Positions 46,598 through 49,977 of a stretch of 49,977 nucleotides of DNA are shown piece after piece. Where the stretch lies: contig JAQYVL010000037.1 in assembly GCA_030145525.1 (NCBI GenBank), positions 1 through 49,977 on the forward strand, written 5' to 3'. A program made the position numbers and the translations under genes. The stretch comes from Desulfobacterales bacterium (GTDB taxonomy: Bacteria > Desulfobacterota > Desulfobacteria > Desulfobacterales > SURF-7). The notes beneath the pieces were generated by a model, which searched no databases, was not told the DNA's origin, and worked only from the letters and a program-made list of their open reading frames with translations. Each line of letters begins with the position of its first letter. Position 1 is the first letter of the stretch.

Positions 46598-46993
46598 TCA
46601 TTTCAATCTTTTAAGTCCGAAATGTTTTTCAATTGGAATAAAATCCTTATCGTTGTGAAGAAGAGGTATGCCATGCTCAATCGCTACTGCGGCAATCATA
46701 CAATCCACAGGTTTTCTTATCGTAATGCCTTTTCGACGAAGATTTCGATATATCTCTGCCGATCGGATAAAAACAGAATACTGCATGGGTAGAAAAACCA
46801 GGTTGGCGAGCAAATCGCGAGTCCGGTTAAATTCAGAATCTTCCCGAATCCCTTGAAGAACTTCGGTCAGAATAATACCGCAAAGGCAAATATCTTCCCG
46901 ATCGGCTATAAGATTTTCAAGAGTTTTCACATGCGGATAAGGATTTGCTGAAAAAAAGTCTATCCAGACAGTTGTATCAACCAGAACCATCAT
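46598..46993 (-). CDS. vapC: PIN-domain toxin VapC
   Basis: MMVLVDTTVWIDFF... and the conserved acidic residues of a PIN domain are present. The protein is 131 aa. Its start overlaps the antitoxin stop by 4 nt. Confidence 0.85.
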   Translation of the reverse strand: MMVLVDTTVWIDFFSANPYPHVKTLENLIADREDICLCGIILTEVLQGIREDSEFNRTRDLLANLVFLPMQYSVFIRSAEIYRNLRRKGITIRKPVDCMIAAVAIEHGIPLLHNDKDFIPIEKHFGLKRLK

Positions 46994-47193
46994 AAGCCAC
47001 GACCCTTACGCCACTCATCCAGGTTACCATTCCAGTTGATTCTACCTTTTAATTCGAGAATTTTAATCTGTTTTTCATGCCTGAGCAATTCACGCAAAGC
47101 ATGATCAATTAAAGCTTTTTGGGTTTTAATCCCGGTAGCCTTTATGCACTCTTTGACCAATTTCTCGTTAAGTACGACATTGGTACGTTTCAT
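46990..47193 (-). CDS. vapB: VapB-type antitoxin
   Basis: The 67-aa ORF begins MKRTNVVLNEKLVKECIKATGIKTQKALIDHALRELL. It lies immediately upstream of vapC and overlaps it. GGAGG precedes the ATG. Confidence 0.7.
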   Translation of the reverse strand: MKRTNVVLNEKLVKECIKATGIKTQKALIDHALRELLRHEKQIKILELKGRINWNGNLDEWRKGRGL

Positions 47194-47219
47194 GATGCGC
47201 CTCCTTAATAATTATTTTG

Positions 47220-47248
47220 ATACACATTATATCATAATTTATGTGTAT
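47220..47248. promoter_or_regulatory. Inverted repeat ATACACAT-N13-ATGTGTAT upstream of vapB (candidate autoregulatory operator)
   Basis: It is a perfect 8-bp inverted repeat beginning 27 bp upstream of the vapB start. Confidence 0.4.
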
Positions 47249-47524
47249 TGCAAGGGGGTTTTAATGATTGAACCAACCAAAGCTATGCAAGGCTGAAAAG
47301 AGAGCAAGAACTCAATGGGGGGGGTGAATCTTGACTGGTTTGATTTTGGCGCTATTTGCCCAAGCTGTCTTATAATCTCACGACTATTTGTTCTTCTGCT
47401 GCCTGTTACCTGCATATCACTTCTGTCAAGATTCAAGATCTGACCCTAGTTTTTTCATGTATTTACACGATATAAAAAAAATTACTCATGAGGTAGTGTT
47501 GATTATAGCAACCCGAAAGCAGAA

Positions 47525-48706
47525 CTATGCAGTTTTCCGCAGCCGGGTTACAGCATCGGAAACAACCTGAATTGCCCGGTCGATCTGATCTGTGGTAGTC
47601 ATCCGGCCCACACTGAAGCGGACGGTTCCTTTGGCCCATTCCAGGGGAACGTGCATGGCTTTCAGCACATGGGACAATTCCACGGTATCGGCATGGCATG
47701 CAGCACCGGCTGAAGCCGCCACCTCCAGACCGATCTCTTCCAGTATTCGGTTGGCCGGAAGGTTTTGAAACGAAATGCTCAGGGTATTGGGCAGTCTCTT
47801 TTCCGGGTGTCCGTTTAATCGAATGTTTCCAGGCAGTTCGCTGAGTCCTTTATGAAGCCTGTCCCGCGTGGCTTTCATGTGTGTCATATGCTGTTCCAGA
47901 TTTTTCCGGGCAATTTCGCAGGCTTTTCCCAGCCCCACAATCTCAAGGACGTTTTCAGTCCCAGCGCGGTAGCCTTTTTACTGCCCGGCGCCATGGCAGA
48001 ATATTTCCGGTTTGAGCGGCTTTTTGATATAAAGGGCACCAATTCCTTTTGGGGCATACAGTTTATGCCCGGCAATTGAGAGCATATTCACGCCAAGCTC
48101 TTTCACATCGGTCGGGATTTTCCCAATGGATTGTGCGGCGTCGGTATGCATCGTGACTCCATGTTTGGAAGCTATTTGCGCAATTTCACTGATCGGCTGA
48201 ATAGTTCCCACTTCATTATTGGCATGCATGATGGTGATGAGAATCGTATCGGCGCGGATAGACTTTTCGACATCAGAAGCATCAACAAGGCCGAAAGAAT
48301 CCACCGGCAGACAGGTTATTTTAAAACCACATCCTTCCAGATATTTACAAACTTCCAGCACAGCCGGGTGTTCAATGGCACATGTAATGATATGGCCGTC
48401 TTTTTTTTTCAATGACCCGGCCATTCCTTTGATGGCATGATTGTTCGATTCCGTTCCCCCACTGGTAAATATAATTTCCCCGGAGCTGCAGCCGAGTAAT
48501 TCTGCAACCTGTTCCCGAGCTTTTTCCACCGCGCGTTTTGGCTTGATTCCGTACCAGTGAGTACTTGACGGATTACCGAATTCTGATTCTAGAAACGGCC
48601 GCATTGCTTCGATAACCTCGGGATCATGAGGTGTGGTACCATTGTAGTCAAGATAGATGGGCGAAGGCATTCTGGTATAGCTCCCCGTATTAGAAGAATC
48701 GTTCAA
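47525..48706 (-). pseudogene. Class V aminotransferase / cysteine desulfurase (NifS/IscS-like) interrupted by in-frame TAA at 47978..47980
   Basis: The two ORFs are in the same frame. The translation across the junction reads ...FCHGAGQ-*-KGYRAGTENVLEIVGLGKACEIA, and homologues normally have GGGQE(R/K)GxRxGT here. The PLP Lys region (SIAGHKLYAPKG) and the C-terminal Cys loop (SAGAACHA) are present. Confidence 0.8.
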
Positions 48707-49235
48707 AAAAATTAAACATTACAGTTTTATAACCTCTTGCCGGGTAATTCCATTTTTTGCCGTATACATGAATCCGTTTGGTTTCTCCGGCTTCGTCATA
48801 CACTTTTCCTCCTTCCAGCACCCAGGCCAGCAATCCGCCTTTCAGGTTATACGCCTCTACTCCCTGTTTATTCAGTTCCTGGGTGAGTTTCCCGCTTCTA
48901 TAGCTGATGGTACAATATAGAACAATTGTTTTATCTTTGTATTGATTTTGATTTTCCAGATATGTTTTTTCGGAGATTGCCTGTGGAAGCATGGAAATTT
49001 TCATTTCCGCATCTTTCCGGGTATCAACAAATAAGATTCGATTTTCTTTCAGGAGTTCCATAGCTTCCTTTGGAGCCATATCCTTCACTGCGGGAAAATC
49101 TTTTTTGTATTCCCGGTACATTTCATAGACGGCCGCCTTTTTTTCGCCATCGGTCAATGTGTTGTCAGCCATCGCAAAGAATGGAAATACTATTATGAGG
49201 AAAAATAAATGCCATTTTACAAGATGCTGTATCAT
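48690..49235 (-). CDS. Exported rhodanese-domain sulfurtransferase
   Basis: It has a signal peptide (LFFLIIVFPFFAMA) and a rhodanese-like active-site loop (LYCTISYRSG). It is adjacent to the cysteine desulfurase gene. Confidence 0.75.
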   Translation of the reverse strand: MIQHLVKWHLFFLIIVFPFFAMADNTLTDGEKKAAVYEMYREYKKDFPAVKDMAPKEAMELLKENRILFVDTRKDAEMKISMLPQAISEKTYLENQNQYKDKTIVLYCTISYRSGKLTQELNKQGVEAYNLKGGLLAWVLEGGKVYDEAGETKRIHVYGKKWNYPARGYKTVMFNFFERFF

Positions 49236-49282
49236 GTTTCACCCGCCTGGATTTTATGTTATCCGTCCGGTTGTGAAGCGAA

Positions 49283-49792
49283 TTGGAAAAATCGAATCGA
49301 TTATACACCGCAAGAGATTTTCAGGCAAGCAGCACTTGTTATTCGAGACTCATTTTTTCAATGGCCGCGGACTATCGGATAGCTAAATTTAATCCGAAAA
49401 TCAAGCTCGGCATGTCTGAAATTAAGATCGGCCTTGCGCTCTCCATTGCCCAGAATGAAATAATGCGTTTTGGTCTTGATACAGATAAAAAGTTCAGGGA
49501 TGTCATGTATTTCGGAGAGATGTTCGGTGTGGAAAAAGCAAAAGAAATGGAAATCGTGGATGAGATAGTAAATGATGATGATGAGTTGATAAGAAGAGCC
49601 AAAGAGATTGTGGCTTTATGGATAGATACCCCGAACAGACCTTTTATCACCATGAAAAATTTATTAAAAAAGGATACGGTTGATAGAATCAGGGAACGGC
49701 TTAAGGGTTCTGAATGGAAAGAGGCGCTCCATTGCTTTTTCAAGGAAGATGTGAGAGCAACACTTGAATTTGTTCAGGGTTCCATGGAGTAG
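49283..49792 (+). pseudogene. Enoyl-CoA hydratase/isomerase (crotonase) family, C-terminal two-thirds only; probable 5'-truncated remnant
   Basis: MAADYRIA...LGMSEIKIGL...GEMFGVEKAKEMEIVDEIV matches the middle and C-terminal crotonase fold. The roughly 100-aa N-terminal part is missing, and only 48 bp separate it from the divergent rhodanese start. Confidence 0.55.
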
Positions 49793-49799
49793 ATTTAGG

Positions 49800-49976
49800 T
49801 TACATATGGTTATCCATCCATTTGATGATGTCGCTGAACACTTCCTCCCTGTTTGTTTCATTAAGCATTTCATGACGGCCTTCGTTGTAAAATTTGCAGC
49901 TGACATCAAGGATCCCGGCTTTTTCATAAGCCTTGAAAATTTGTTTAACGCCTTTTGAGTTGTTTCCTACAGGATC
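49800..49976 (-). CDS. Alpha/beta hydrolase (lysophospholipase-like), C-terminal end only; gene enters from beyond the window
   Basis: The minus-strand frame, which is not in the ORF track, reads DPVGNNSKGVKQIFKAYEKAGILDVSCKFYNEGRHEMLNETNREEVFSDIIKWMDNHM*. This is the typical C-terminal His-containing end of the fold (G-R-H-E). Confidence 0.5.
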   Translation of the reverse strand, partial: DPVGNNSKGVKQIFKAYEKAGILDVSCKFYNEGRHEMLNETNREEVFSDIIKWMDNHM

Positions 49977-49977
49977 C

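Noticed and set aside
47978-47980. In-frame TAA in the desulfurase as a recoding event analogous to the two UGA-Sec sites
   Set aside because: TAA is not a known Sec or Pyl codon, and the position corresponds to a conserved Glu (GAA). A point mutation or sequencing error is the simpler explanation.
49664-49927. 87-aa minus-strand ORF at the right end
   Set aside because: It is in the wrong frame. A different minus frame gives a clean alpha/beta-hydrolase C-terminus ending at 49800, and that frame is reported instead.

Overview
This window is a chromosomal segment with about 45 protein genes and one tRNA. The gene content looks like an anaerobic, Desulfobacterales-like deltaproteobacterium; that is inferred from content only.

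Left part (1-9.5 kb):
- A TetR regulator and a Cys-type sulfatase.
- A Tat-signal hybrid-cluster protein (Hcp) with two TTGAC-N4-GTCAA boxes upstream.
- A sensor kinase, a sigma-54 response regulator and an archaemetzincin in one operon.

Centre (9.8-16.4 kb):
- A Wood-Ljungdahl-type methylene-THF reductase module, hdrA-like / mvhD / metV / metF.
- The ORF track splits both hdrA and mvhD at in-frame TGA codons. These sit exactly on conserved Cys positions and are followed by small hairpins, so I read both as selenocysteine codons.
- The HdrA-like protein is about 1477 aa. It is a tandem HdrA with an embedded GltD/NfnB-like NAD(P)H module.

16.7-32 kb:
- Signalling genes: a CheY-like receiver, a PAS kinase and a hybrid kinase.
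- An aroE-like gene with NTN in place of the NTD motif.
- Housekeeping genes: serA, a DUF1844-like gene, degP, ispE (1-nt frameshift in a poly-A run), tRNA-Gln, prs, rplY/ctc, pth, a K+-independent-type hppA, carD and rluD.

32.2-42.1 kb (minus strand):
- A same-strand run of a thioredoxin-HEAT protein, an Asp-protease-PDZ protein, a heptaheme cytochrome c and rnfCDGEA.
- It ends in an unusual RnfB fused to a second GltD/NfnB-like module.
- RnfC lacks its canonical GGAGFP and ECEP motifs.

Right end (42.4-50 kb):
- A split YVTN beta-propeller protein, an ACT/UPF0210 pair and vapBC.
- A cysteine desulfurase with an in-frame TAA, a rhodanese, a truncated crotonase and a partial hydrolase.

A family of palindromic MITE/REP-like intergenic repeats occurs at least four times. 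No CRISPR array, rRNA or intact transposase was seen.
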